DNA of 37,179 nt from IMG/VR virus record IMGVR_UViG_2909303794_000005, one strand, 5' to 3'. Under the pieces are notes generated by a model. The model saw only the letters and a program-made list of their open reading frames with translations. It was not told where the DNA came from and did not search any database. Position numbers and translations under genes: made by a program. Shown in pieces: positions 26,393-35,021 of this stretch. The stretch's first letter is position 1. The number at the start of each line of letters is the position of its first letter. This DNA comes from a virus. Taxonomy: Duplodnaviria; Heunggongvirae; Uroviricota; Caudoviricetes.

Positions 26393-27904
26393 TTAGGGAT
26401 CGGCTGGGGAATTTTTTTCTTCATCCTCGCCATTAACGATAATATTTAGTGCGCTCTTTTCGGCTTGAATCTCTGAGAATACTTTTTCAGGATCATCACC
26501 ACGTTCTAATATAACGGCAGTACGTGATTTAAGTCCGTTATCAATTAAAGCAATCTCGGCGCTTACGTCTTTAAATGGATCGACGGATTCAAAACGCGGA
26601 CGAATAATAGTAGTGTTATCGATAATATGCGGGATTGCAGTAATACGAATCGGAACAATACCACGCGCGGAATAATGGCGTAGATATGCTTCGAAAATGG
26701 GCGACACCACTGTTTCAATCAATTTGTTTTGCAGTGCTTTAACGCGGTGTCGTTGCATTAAATCACCGAATCTACTGGCGCTGTAGTTTATTTGTGAACA
26801 ATCTCCTGTTAAGCCCTGTTTGAACACGCCTAAGCCCATTGATACGCTAGTAAACATCGCATCATTGAAGGAATTGAAATCATCGCCTGATTGAGTAGCT
26901 TGGATTGATTTAATCGTTGCCCCTTCCGGTAATTCCTGAATAGTACCAGGTGCAAAATCCTGTACTACTTCCGGCGCTTGATATTGTTCATCCTCTTCAC
27001 CAGTATCAAAATCGTCACCAGAATCTTTCGGACGTTCGATAAAGCCCATAGAACTAGCCGCAATACGTTTCTGGATAATTGCAGTTTCGCGGAATGCGTC
27101 TTGATGTGCGATATCCTTGATCACTGGCAGGAAGTCAGTCACACCACGCAGGGATTCGGCTGTAAGTGGTTGATAATAATGGCATACTTGCGATGCATCT
27201 ACGCGATAGTTATCACCTGTGTAAGTCTGAGTCAGTAGGTTGATTTTACGAAACCAGTATGCTACTGGCTTCATTGTTTCTACGTCATACTCGATCCCCT
27301 GATAGATAGCACGTTCTTTGCTTACTTCACGGTTTAGCGACCAGTCGCACTTATCAGCAGACAGGATAGAAACATTTAACTCATTGTTTTCTTTGGTTAA
27401 AACGATGAAGCACTCACCACCCATAACGCGCTCACGTTCAGCCATTACCAGCAGTTCACGGAAGTTAAAGCGACCGTTACGAGAGAAGCGTTTAGCATTC
27501 TGCGCCCACTTCCAGAAAGCATTCTCGATCTGCTTATTCAGTGCGCTATCAAGTTTGCCATTTGGTTTAACAACTGACGGCTTCGGATCTAGGCCACCAC
27601 CGACCACCATATCGGTGATGTATTGCGTGTAGCGACTGCCTACGGAAGTGTTTAAGGCCAGAGTACGACCCTGATCATAAAGGCGCTTACCGTTCGATTT
27701 GAGAGCCTTATTGAAGGTTCCTGTAATGGTGTCTTGTTGAAGCGATCCATCAATGCGATCACCCACCAGACCTAAACTACGCTTAGACAAATCTTTCTGG
27801 TATTTTTCTATAGATTTGTCGATGAAAATTTTTGGTTGTTGCTGGCGGTGATTAGTTTTAACTGGAGTTTCTACCGCCTTTTTGCGTCGAAAAAGATTAA
27901 ACAT
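26393..27904 (-). CDS. portal protein (lambda gpB-type)
   Basis: 503 aa immediately downstream of terminase and upstream of protease/capsid; overall resemblance to lambda-family portal proteins. Confidence 0.8.
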   Translation of the reverse strand: MFNLFRRKKAVETPVKTNHRQQQPKIFIDKSIEKYQKDLSKRSLGLVGDRIDGSLQQDTITGTFNKALKSNGKRLYDQGRTLALNTSVGSRYTQYITDMVVGGGLDPKPSVVKPNGKLDSALNKQIENAFWKWAQNAKRFSRNGRFNFRELLVMAERERVMGGECFIVLTKENNELNVSILSADKCDWSLNREVSKERAIYQGIEYDVETMKPVAYWFRKINLLTQTYTGDNYRVDASQVCHYYQPLTAESLRGVTDFLPVIKDIAHQDAFRETAIIQKRIAASSMGFIERPKDSGDDFDTGEEDEQYQAPEVVQDFAPGTIQELPEGATIKSIQATQSGDDFNSFNDAMFTSVSMGLGVFKQGLTGDCSQINYSASRFGDLMQRHRVKALQNKLIETVVSPIFEAYLRHYSARGIVPIRITAIPHIIDNTTIIRPRFESVDPFKDVSAEIALIDNGLKSRTAVILERGDDPEKVFSEIQAEKSALNIIVNGEDEEKNSPADP

Positions 27905-27914
27905 GATTTACCCC

Positions 27915-28412
27915 TTATCGCGTAAGACGTAATTTGATATTTTTAATCGGGCTAATTCCCTGTTTACGTCGTTCGGCTTGAATTAATTTTGATAACTGAC
28001 GTTCATAATCGACTTTTAGAGTCTGGAGAACAGCCAATGACTCATAGGCGAAAGTATTCCCTTTCACTGTCATTTGAGATAATGCGGCTTCGTCCCCAGA
28101 TAAACGGGCGAAAATAACTTGCTCGATTAAGGCGATAGTTTCCCGCAGATATTCTTTTTTGGATTGTTTGGCGAATACTGGCAAAACAGTTAATTCCTGC
28201 ATTGATATCAGTTCATCATCCAAAGTTGTTACGATGGTATATTTACCTTCGGCAAAATCTAAGGTTTTAATCTCATGATTAGCCGGAGAATCATCAACCT
28301 GATAAATGATACCTTTATTACTATTTCCTACCTGAATTGTTACACCCTCTTCATTCGCCAGCGTGACTTTTTCGCCTTTACGAATTACTAAGGGAATTAG
28401 TTCTAAACTCAT
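27915..28412 (-). CDS. hypothetical head protein (lambda gpW position)
   Basis: 165 aa between large terminase and portal; no motif recognised. Confidence 0.35.
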   Translation of the reverse strand: MSLELIPLVIRKGEKVTLANEEGVTIQVGNSNKGIIYQVDDSPANHEIKTLDFAEGKYTIVTTLDDELISMQELTVLPVFAKQSKKEYLRETIALIEQVIFARLSGDEAALSQMTVKGNTFAYESLAVLQTLKVDYERQLSKLIQAERRKQGISPIKNIKLRLTR

Positions 28413-28484
28413 AATTACCCCTTATTTAATTGTTATTGGATTAACAATATTTAGGAGTAAGCCGCCCCGAAGGACGGCGAGTTA

Positions 28485-30392
28485 TTAGAACGATGTTACC
28501 CAACTACGGCCTCTATTTGGACGTCTGGCGATGTTTTTACGTTGTGGTCGTGTGATTGGCTTAGTTTCTTCGATTTGCTCGTTAGATTGCGATTTAGGAG
28601 CTTCTACGGGTTCTTCGACAACACGGTTTAAGCTGTCTTTCATTGCAATGAGTTTATCCCATGACATTTTTGAAAGGACGTAGCGAGAAGCCGCTGTAGC
28701 ATACACGGCGCAGTCGAGCGCCTCGTTTCGTGTCGCACCTGGATTTTTTACCCATCTCACGCCAGTAGTAGTACGCTTAACAGATTCACTTAAAAGCTGA
28801 TCGAGATAATCATCAGGAACGGTGTCTGATATTTCTAAGGCAATATGAGGATTATCTTTCAGGTTCCTAGCCAACATTTCACGAAATGCAGTTTTACCCA
28901 CGTTAACACCCAACATAAGCAATTCATGACCACCTGTGCGGGTAGGTTTAACCGGAATGATCGGAGCGTTACCAGCAGAACTACCTTTGATAGCGTGTAA
29001 GTTCTTCCACTTGCCGCAAATACGGTATCCAGCTTGAGTGAATCGACCGTTCGATGTATCAAGGAAGCTGGCGAGCATAGGAACACGATCACCCGATACA
29101 GTAGTAAATTTGGTTTTATGGAAGTTGATTAATCTATCCCATACAGGGGATTCATATCGTTCACAGTTATGATCGTAAAAGCTACGGTGATCCAGAATGT
29201 AAACCTTATCTTTCGCTACACCTAAGATGGTAGTTTCTGCGCGATCTAATTGCTGGTCAGTACCCGCACATAAGAAAATCACGTCATCAGGGATATTCTC
29301 GATAGAAACATCTGTTTTGAGTTGTTCCAGTTCATTTGCTTCTACTGCCGTGTCCTGATCGTCGTATACCTTACCTAACACGGTGTTATAAAATGATTGT
29401 AAATCAAAGGATTGCCACGCATGACTAAAATCAACCACACAAGCGCGGATACTACTGAAAGGTGAATACAGACGGCTAATCCAGAATCCTGCTACCTCAC
29501 TTTCACGGGTTGCTCTCCACTCTCCTTGTGCTACTGCCCTGATTCGTTCCCCTTCTGTCCATGCGTTCTTACAGTGGGGGCAAATATAACGAGCGGTATC
29601 AGGATCGGGTAAGTTCTTACCATCGATGTTACGCCATTCAAATTGAACGTTTTCCCACTCGATCACCTGGTGTTCCCCGCAATGAGGACACGGAACAAAA
29701 AACATACGCATATCGCTTGATAACCATTGCTGGTTAATGCTTCCCAGCTTACTGGTCGGGGTACTGGATACGACTAATCGACCTTCATCGCCAAAGGTAG
29801 TTAAACGGTTAGCAGCCAGTGCCACCGGATCACCTTCTTCTGAGGCTGTAGCAGCATCGATTTCGTCAAGCAATCCAACCTTTGCGGTCTTACCACGTAG
29901 GGTCGATGGACTGGTTAGCGATACCATGTAAAGGAAGTGATTCGTTTTTAGCTGGAGTTGGTTATTGTTGTTAACCGCATTGCGATCATTCTTGTCTGTA
30001 ACAACGTCTTTTAATGCATCACATGCTTCGATAGACGGTCGGATCTTACCAGCGAGATATTGAGACATTTCTTTAGCGGTTGATTGTCCGATAATCATAT
30101 TGCATGGATCGTTAGCCATCTGGTTAAACAGGATGCCGTTCAGGATGGTAGTCTTTCCGATCTGCGCACTGGTCATCAGAACATACTTTTTCTTATTCTC
30201 AAGGAAAGGAGCATCAATCATGCCTTTCTGGAATGACAGCAATTTAACTTTATCCCCAGCTTGAGGACCATCTACCAGCACCATATTCGCTTCGCACCAT
30301 TCCGATGGAAGGAGTTTAGGCGGTGGCGTAATATATTTGGCTGCATTTCTGAGAATCTTTTTTAATTTGGCCTTATTAGAAATCAGTTTCAT
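28485..30392 (-). CDS. terL: terminase large subunit (lambda gpA family)
   Basis: Walker [10 protein letters not shown], paired CPHCGEH...CPHCKN zinc-finger typical of GpA-type terminases, C-terminal nuclease region; RBS GAGGGT upstream. Confidence 0.9.
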   Translation of the reverse strand: MKLISNKAKLKKILRNAAKYITPPPKLLPSEWCEANMVLVDGPQAGDKVKLLSFQKGMIDAPFLENKKKYVLMTSAQIGKTTILNGILFNQMANDPCNMIIGQSTAKEMSQYLAGKIRPSIEACDALKDVVTDKNDRNAVNNNNQLQLKTNHFLYMVSLTSPSTLRGKTAKVGLLDEIDAATASEEGDPVALAANRLTTFGDEGRLVVSSTPTSKLGSINQQWLSSDMRMFFVPCPHCGEHQVIEWENVQFEWRNIDGKNLPDPDTARYICPHCKNAWTEGERIRAVAQGEWRATRESEVAGFWISRLYSPFSSIRACVVDFSHAWQSFDLQSFYNTVLGKVYDDQDTAVEANELEQLKTDVSIENIPDDVIFLCAGTDQQLDRAETTILGVAKDKVYILDHRSFYDHNCERYESPVWDRLINFHKTKFTTVSGDRVPMLASFLDTSNGRFTQAGYRICGKWKNLHAIKGSSAGNAPIIPVKPTRTGGHELLMLGVNVGKTAFREMLARNLKDNPHIALEISDTVPDDYLDQLLSESVKRTTTGVRWVKNPGATRNEALDCAVYATAASRYVLSKMSWDKLIAMKDSLNRVVEEPVEAPKSQSNEQIEETKPITRPQRKNIARRPNRGRSWVTSF

Positions 30393-30477
30393 GTAATTAC
30401 CCTCATTACGAAATATGAAGGTATTTATTAAATTGTTGATATTTTGATAAATACGGGTATTAATTAAAGGGGGTTGT

Positions 30478-31080
30478 ATGCTAATTAATCAGCAACAAAG
30501 AGATGAATTAGAATTAGCCTTGTCTTGTACCGATCATGAATATCGTTTGCCAGTTAAGCATAAGCATTTAAAAACCGACTACACTACATCTGGCTTTAGT
30601 CGTGAGGAAGCGAAAGAGATTTTAATAGAATTTTACCGCGATAATGGTTATACAGACGTTCACAACTTCTTTAAGAAGCATAGAACATCGCATACAGAGT
30701 TTCGGAGAGTCCGAGATTGGTTTGATTTTGATATCAAGCGTTATTATCGCATTGATGACGGTCCTATCTATCGGTTGCAGTGGAAGCCGATCCGAGAAGT
30801 GTTGAAACAGAAGAGATTGAATCACGCAATTACACGCTATCGTAACGAGGCTTTCAAGAAAGGCTATGGTGATACAAGGGAACTATTCGTTGAACTCGCT
30901 AACGTGCGTTATAGCCACTATTACAACGATCCTAAAGGGTTCTTTGAAGTGCTTCGCAAGGTTGATATTAGTCGGGGTACATACTATTCACGGTTGAAGA
31001 AGTACGGGATTAAGGCAGAGTTCTTTATGTCGGTTGACGATGGAGAACTTTTTCCTATAAAATGTAAGTCCTCTAAATAA
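30478..31080 (+). CDS. hypothetical DNA-binding protein with C-terminal HTH-like motif
   Basis: RBS AAAGGGGG; C-terminal [15 protein letters not shown] resembles the HTH of the two small proteins at 31116 and 34720. Confidence 0.45.
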   Translation: MLINQQQRDELELALSCTDHEYRLPVKHKHLKTDYTTSGFSREEAKEILIEFYRDNGYTDVHNFFKKHRTSHTEFRRVRDWFDFDIKRYYRIDDGPIYRLQWKPIREVLKQKRLNHAITRYRNEAFKKGYGDTRELFVELANVRYSHYYNDPKGFFEVLRKVDISRGTYYSRLKKYGIKAEFFMSVDDGELFPIKCKSSK

Positions 31081-31115
31081 AGGTGAACATTCACTTTAAT
31101 TTGGAGAAAATGACT

Positions 31116-31343
31116 ATGACTACTAAAGCTACTCGCGGTCGCCCTGCCCGTTTTAACGCTGAACAGATGGCTGATATTGCCTACGCTTACTATACAGCGG
31201 ATCGTGGTAAGGAAGCGAAAGAACAGATTCTTAGTGAACATGGGATCTCAATCGCCCAATTCTATAAGAATATGAAGAAGTTAGACATTAAATTCTATGT
31301 TCAGATCGGTGATGGTCAGATCGTAGAAGCAACAGGTTTTTGA
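31116..31343 (+). CDS. small AT-hook/HTH DNA-binding protein
   Basis: ATG 31116 has better SD spacing (GGAG 9 nt upstream) than in-frame ATG 31110 or GTG 31083; KATRGRPARF (AT-hook-like) and GISIAQFYKNMKKLDIK (IS3 OrfA-like HTH). Confidence 0.5.
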   Translation: MTTKATRGRPARFNAEQMADIAYAYYTADRGKEAKEQILSEHGISIAQFYKNMKKLDIKFYVQIGDGQIVEATGF

Positions 31344-31358
31344 GTTTTGATTCTCTTT

Positions 31359-31382
31359 GCCACTCTTCGGAGTGGCTTTTTT
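31359..31382 (+). terminator. rho-independent terminator
   Basis: GCCACTC TTCG GAGTGGC (UUCG tetraloop) followed by TTTTTTG. Confidence 0.7.
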
Positions 31383-31473
31383 GTATGTAAAACAATCTCG
31401 CCAGTTTTGGTGAGATCTATAGATGCCCTCAAAATTGAGGGGATGTACTCAACTCTGAGCGCATCTACAGATA

Positions 31474-31499
31474 CAAAAAAGCCCCTGAAATTCAGGGGC
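31474..31499 (-). terminator. rho-independent terminator after Rha-like operon
   Basis: 9 bp arms GCCCCTGAA / TTCAGGGGC followed on the minus strand by TTTTTTGTAT; the arm sequence is the same motif as the 34017-34201 iterons. Confidence 0.55.
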
Positions 31500-31507
31500 A
31501 AAAATTA

Positions 31508-32338
31508 TCACAGTCCGAAGACTTCCAGTGATCCAACATTCTGGCGGAGACGTTCAGCTGCTTTATTTTGAATCAGAATAGTGTTGTTCGGCTTAGGAAG
31601 ATTCAGAGTTGCTTTTTGTTCTTCTTCCAGAACACCCAATTCAACCAGCACCGGAAGCACATCAACAGTAAACTCAAGCTGGTAGTGAGCATTCATGCGG
31701 CAGAAAGACAGAGAAGAGTCATTAGCAACATACCCACACGGCTTGTTATTTTCATCATAGACGCGCTCAATGTAGCCAGCAGTACGCAAGGCCGTCAGTG
31801 CTTCTTTAACCTTCGTAGCGCCCTTTTTAGCGCCTAACAGACGTGTCATAGAATGGCTATCTACGGATTTGCGAATGTGTAGCTCAATCAGTTTTTTATT
31901 TTTGCGTTTTTCATCTAATGCCAGTTCGATCCAGTCTGTTTCTTCAAAGTGTTCATATGGATTAACCGGAACATTAGCTTTACCTTCTTTCATCAAACGC
32001 CATTCTTTAGCAATTTTGAAGCGAAGCGGTGCATCGTATCCCATAACCAGAGTATTACAGAGATCTTCATCCAGTTCATACATCGGGCGAGATTGATTAT
32101 TCTTATCAAAATATGAAGATTCTACAAAATACCCCAGCGCAAAATTGCGCCCGGCTAATTCGCTTCCTTTTTCAAGAGAATCAATCATGCGACGAAAATC
32201 ACGCATAACATCTTTATGATTCTTTCCGGTCAATTCAGCAATCTGACGGGTAGACATGGTCAGCGGTTTGGTGTTATCAACAACCAGAGACACGGAAGCA
32301 GTTTTAACAGCAGTATTCATAGTAGTAACAGTATTCAT
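31508..32338 (-). CDS. Rha-family phage regulatory protein (antirepressor-like)
   Basis: N-terminal TMSTRQIAELTGKNHKDVMRDFRRMIDSL matches the Rha-domain pattern as recalled; RBS AAGGGGA upstream. Confidence 0.7.
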   Translation of the reverse strand: MNTVTTMNTAVKTASVSLVVDNTKPLTMSTRQIAELTGKNHKDVMRDFRRMIDSLEKGSELAGRNFALGYFVESSYFDKNNQSRPMYELDEDLCNTLVMGYDAPLRFKIAKEWRLMKEGKANVPVNPYEHFEETDWIELALDEKRKNKKLIELHIRKSVDSHSMTRLLGAKKGATKVKEALTALRTAGYIERVYDENNKPCGYVANDSSLSFCRMNAHYQLEFTVDVLPVLVELGVLEEEQKATLNLPKPNNTILIQNKAAERLRQNVGSLEVFGL

Positions 32339-32427
32339 AGTATTAATTCCCCTTAAACGGTTTAATGATTTGGTCCTCCTAGTTCCGGCAGCATCACCGG
32401 AACAATTTTATTTATAATAGAAATTTA

Positions 32428-32760
32428 TTACCAATCGATTTCTACTTGGTCTTCTTCATAATAAGGAATCGCATATTCATAACGCCAGTTTTCGATGATT
32501 TCACGTTCTTCATTAGTAAGAAGGTGATTGCTAACTGGAGTCGCATTGTGATTACCAGCTTCGAATTGTTCGCGAACTTCCAGCATTGCATGAATACCAG
32601 TTAAGGACATCAGATCAAACGGAACATGCATACTACGGGAGATTGTTTCACGGGATACGCCCCAATCATTTTCTACATGGCTAGGGCTTACAGAAACGGT
32701 TTTGCCGGAGATTTTAACAGTCCAGTCATACAGGGATTTAGTGATGGTAAATTCTTTCAT
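32428..32760 (-). CDS. hypothetical protein
   Basis: RBS AAGAGGA upstream; 110 aa; first gene after the promoter/operator at 32817-32858. Confidence 0.45.
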   Translation of the reverse strand: MKEFTITKSLYDWTVKISGKTVSVSPSHVENDWGVSRETISRSMHVPFDLMSLTGIHAMLEVREQFEAGNHNATPVSNHLLTNEEREIIENWRYEYAIPYYEEDQVEIDW

Positions 32761-32816
32761 GTTACATCCTCTTTACAAATCTAGGTCAAATAGGTTCAAA
32801 GTTGTCAAGTGCGATA

Positions 32817-32845
32817 ATCATAAAAAAGTCAGAAAATTTTGTCAA
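32817..32845 (-). promoter_or_regulatory. sigma70-type promoter (minus strand)
   Basis: Minus-strand TTGACA, 17 nt spacer, TATGAT; about 55 nt upstream of the 32760 start. Confidence 0.5.
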
Positions 32846-32858
32846 TACCCCTTGACAA
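32839..32858. promoter_or_regulatory. palindromic operator-like site overlapping the -35 element
   Basis: TTGTCAA TACCCC TTGACAA, perfect 7 bp inverted repeat; more TTGAC/GTCAA half-sites at 32790-32880. Confidence 0.45.
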
Positions 32859-32880
32859 GACGCCAAAGGGTTGACCTAAC

Positions 32881-33333
32881 TTACAGCATATCTAAGCCTT
32901 CATCGTAACCGTAGAAGCCATTCTGAGAAGAGAAACAGATTGGCGCGTAGTCGTCGTCATCTTCGTCTTGTTCATCTCGTTCTGGGGCTTCCTGAGCGGG
33001 TTGTTTACCATAATCAGCCATAATCTGGTCAAGATCGGCGATCCCATAGTAAGAGCCTAAATCAACGTCATATTCACGAACATCAAACGGCAGGTCATCA
33101 CGAACAATAATTGCCGGAATGTTGTTGTATTGTTCACGACCTTCATCAGTAAAGCAGTCTACGATCACCGTAGGGCGACCATTACGTTTAAGAGCATAGA
33201 AAGCAGTTGAGAAATTGGAGTCTTCGGAATGACGAATGATGTTATAACCACGATTAGCGAAAACATGCATCATAGCCAGATTATCATCATGGTTCAGACC
33301 CAGAAGAATGAAAGGAGTTTTAGTATTGATCAT
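32881..33333 (-). CDS. hypothetical acidic protein
   Basis: RBS AGAGGA upstream; 150 aa with Asp/Glu-rich C-terminal region. Confidence 0.45.
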   Translation of the reverse strand: MINTKTPFILLGLNHDDNLAMMHVFANRGYNIIRHSEDSNFSTAFYALKRNGRPTVIVDCFTDEGREQYNNIPAIIVRDDLPFDVREYDVDLGSYYGIADLDQIMADYGKQPAQEAPERDEQDEDDDDYAPICFSSQNGFYGYDEGLDML

Positions 33334-34016
33334 AGTGGAAATCCTCTAAAAAGTGAATCAAAGTAAGTTCACTATTATTTATAACGAGAAATTTTTGTCT
33401 AATTTGAAAGGAATTGGTATTCAGTCGGCTTCGCCTCCTTCATAGATTTTGATTAAATCATCATCAAAACGAAGAAGTATCTTTAGAATATAAGAATCTT
33501 TCTTTTGGAGAAATAATAATCCGGAAGCAATTTAGCAACCGAAGGTTGCAATCCCGAAGGGATACCAATACCTTTCATGATCATTAAAGTGATCTAGAAT
33601 CATCTAGTAACCAGTTAACTACTATTATCTTCAAAGTGATTATTACTATCTTTCTAGAATCAGTTAGTAACTAGTTTAAAATCCCTTTCAAGAAAATCCT
33701 TTCAAAAGTGATTCTCGATGCCACGCAGTGGCGTCGCAGACGTTTGAGAGTGAGCGAAGCGAGCGAGCAAACTAGTTAATTCCTTCTAAGACCATCTAGT
33801 ATCATCTAGTTTAAATTAGTGTTACTAGAAGTAATTGGTTAGCGCTTCGCGCAGTCGGGCTACGCCCTCCTAATATCTTTTTGGTTATTTGTTGTTTTTG
33901 GTTTTACACATGAGCGTAGCGAATGTGTTATATAATATCTATGCACGCCCGATTCCCCGTTTTTGCCCCTCACTAAGTTAATGTTTTATAAAGAGTTTTT
34001 CTTACCAATCCTTTTC

Positions 34017-34201
34017 GGGGGCAAATTTCAGGGGCAAAAATTAGATTTTCAGGGGCAATTATTGGCATTTCAGGGGCAAAAATGAGGGGCAAAATCACCG
34101 TTTCCCAGAATTTCAGGGGCAAAAATATTGGGTTTCAGGGGCAAAAATGGGATGTGGAATCTAGGGTATTTTGGTTCAGGGGCAAAAATTCAGGGGCAAT
34201 T
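34017..34201 (+). repeat. iteron array: 9 direct copies of (TTC)AGGGGCAA(AAAT)
   Basis: GGGGCAA cores at 34018, 34031, 34052, 34073, 34086, 34116, 34138, 34179, 34193, spaced 13-41 bp; an inverted copy at 33961-33969. Confidence 0.8.
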
Positions 34202-34240
34202 TTCATAGTGTAGGGCTAGTGTAGGTTTGAAAATCCTTTG

Positions 34241-34298
34241 TTGACACTGTGTAGGATCGGTGCTACACTTGACAATTAGAGAAAAAATGTGGTATAAT
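34241..34298 (+). promoter_or_regulatory. tandem strong sigma70 promoters
   Basis: TTGACA (34241) -17- TACACT, and TTGACA (34269) -18- TGgTATAAT (extended -10, 34290-34298). Confidence 0.65.
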
Positions 34299-34662
34299 AT
34301 TTGTATTGAAAGTGAAAATTTACCGATTTTCCTTCCTATTGTTATCACCGTGTTAAATTGTTATATGTCTGTGAAGATTTGGATCTGAGAGAAAATCTTG
34401 TAACAAATCTTTACAATTCATAGCTCAATTAATGCTCACCGCTTTAGCAAAAAGTGCTATGCAATTTTCTAAATTGATTGAATAAACATCAATTTGGTTA
34501 ATTCGTGTTCTTCTCTTTAGCAATTCGTGCTGCGGTTTAACACATTTAACACGTCTGATAACATCTGAATAACATTTTAACATATCTCTGTTATAAATAC
34601 ATATATAAGAGATAAATGTGAGGGGTTGAAAAATAAAATACAATCCCCATATAAATAATAGT

Positions 34663-34683
34663 GAGCGGTTAACGCTCTTTTTT
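34663..34683 (+). terminator. weak terminator/attenuator before the 34720 gene
   Basis: GAGCG GTTAA CGCTC followed by TTTTTT, located before the AGGAGG RBS. Confidence 0.45.
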
Positions 34684-34719
34684 AAGAAATCATTAATCCA
34701 CATTGTAGGAGGATTCGAG

Positions 34720-34902
34720 ATGGCACGACCTGTTAAGTTCACTCGCGAAATCATCTTAGAAATGGCTAAACGCTACTTTGAGTTAACGCCGGGTGTGAGA
34801 ATTGAAGAGTGGTTTAAAAATGAGGGTATCGATAAATCAACCTTTCATAAACTCTTAAAGAAGTATGACATTAAAGTAAAGATTACCGCCGAGGTCTGGT
34901 AA
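34720..34902 (+). CDS. small HTH DNA-binding protein (paralogue of 31116-31343)
   Basis: Strong RBS AGGAGG 7 nt upstream; MARPVKF...NEGIDKSTFHKLLKKYDIK parallels RGRPARF...HGISIAQFYKNMKKLDIK. Confidence 0.5.
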   Translation: MARPVKFTREIILEMAKRYFELTPGVRIEEWFKNEGIDKSTFHKLLKKYDIKVKITAEVW

Positions 34903-34944
34903 TAACCTTTCACTGAGAATTATATGATGGCTTTAAAAATAAAA

Positions 34945-34978
34945 AAGCCTCCCTTGTTGCAGCAAAGGAGGCTTTTAG
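34945..34978 (+). terminator. rho-independent terminator
   Basis: AAGCCTCC ... GGAGGCTT stem followed by TTTT. Confidence 0.6.
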
Positions 34979-35021
34979 CATGAAACATTAAAACTAACAC
35001 AGAGTATTCAGGAGTATTTAT

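Noticed and set aside
34017-34201. Repeat array considered as a possible CRISPR array
   Set aside because: Units are about 14 bp with irregular 13-41 bp spacing, no 28-37 bp repeats with unique spacers and no cas genes; it is an iteron/binding-site array.
33961-34201. Iteron array as the cos/pac site of the terminase
   Set aside because: Not excluded, but the Nu1-like gene is 2.4 kb away and a strong outward promoter abuts the array, which fits origin/operator better; kept as an alternative in the findings.
34425-34754. 109 aa minus-strand ORF in the leader region
   Set aside because: AT-rich region, no RBS, overlaps the start of the plus-strand gene with strong RBS; more likely non-coding.
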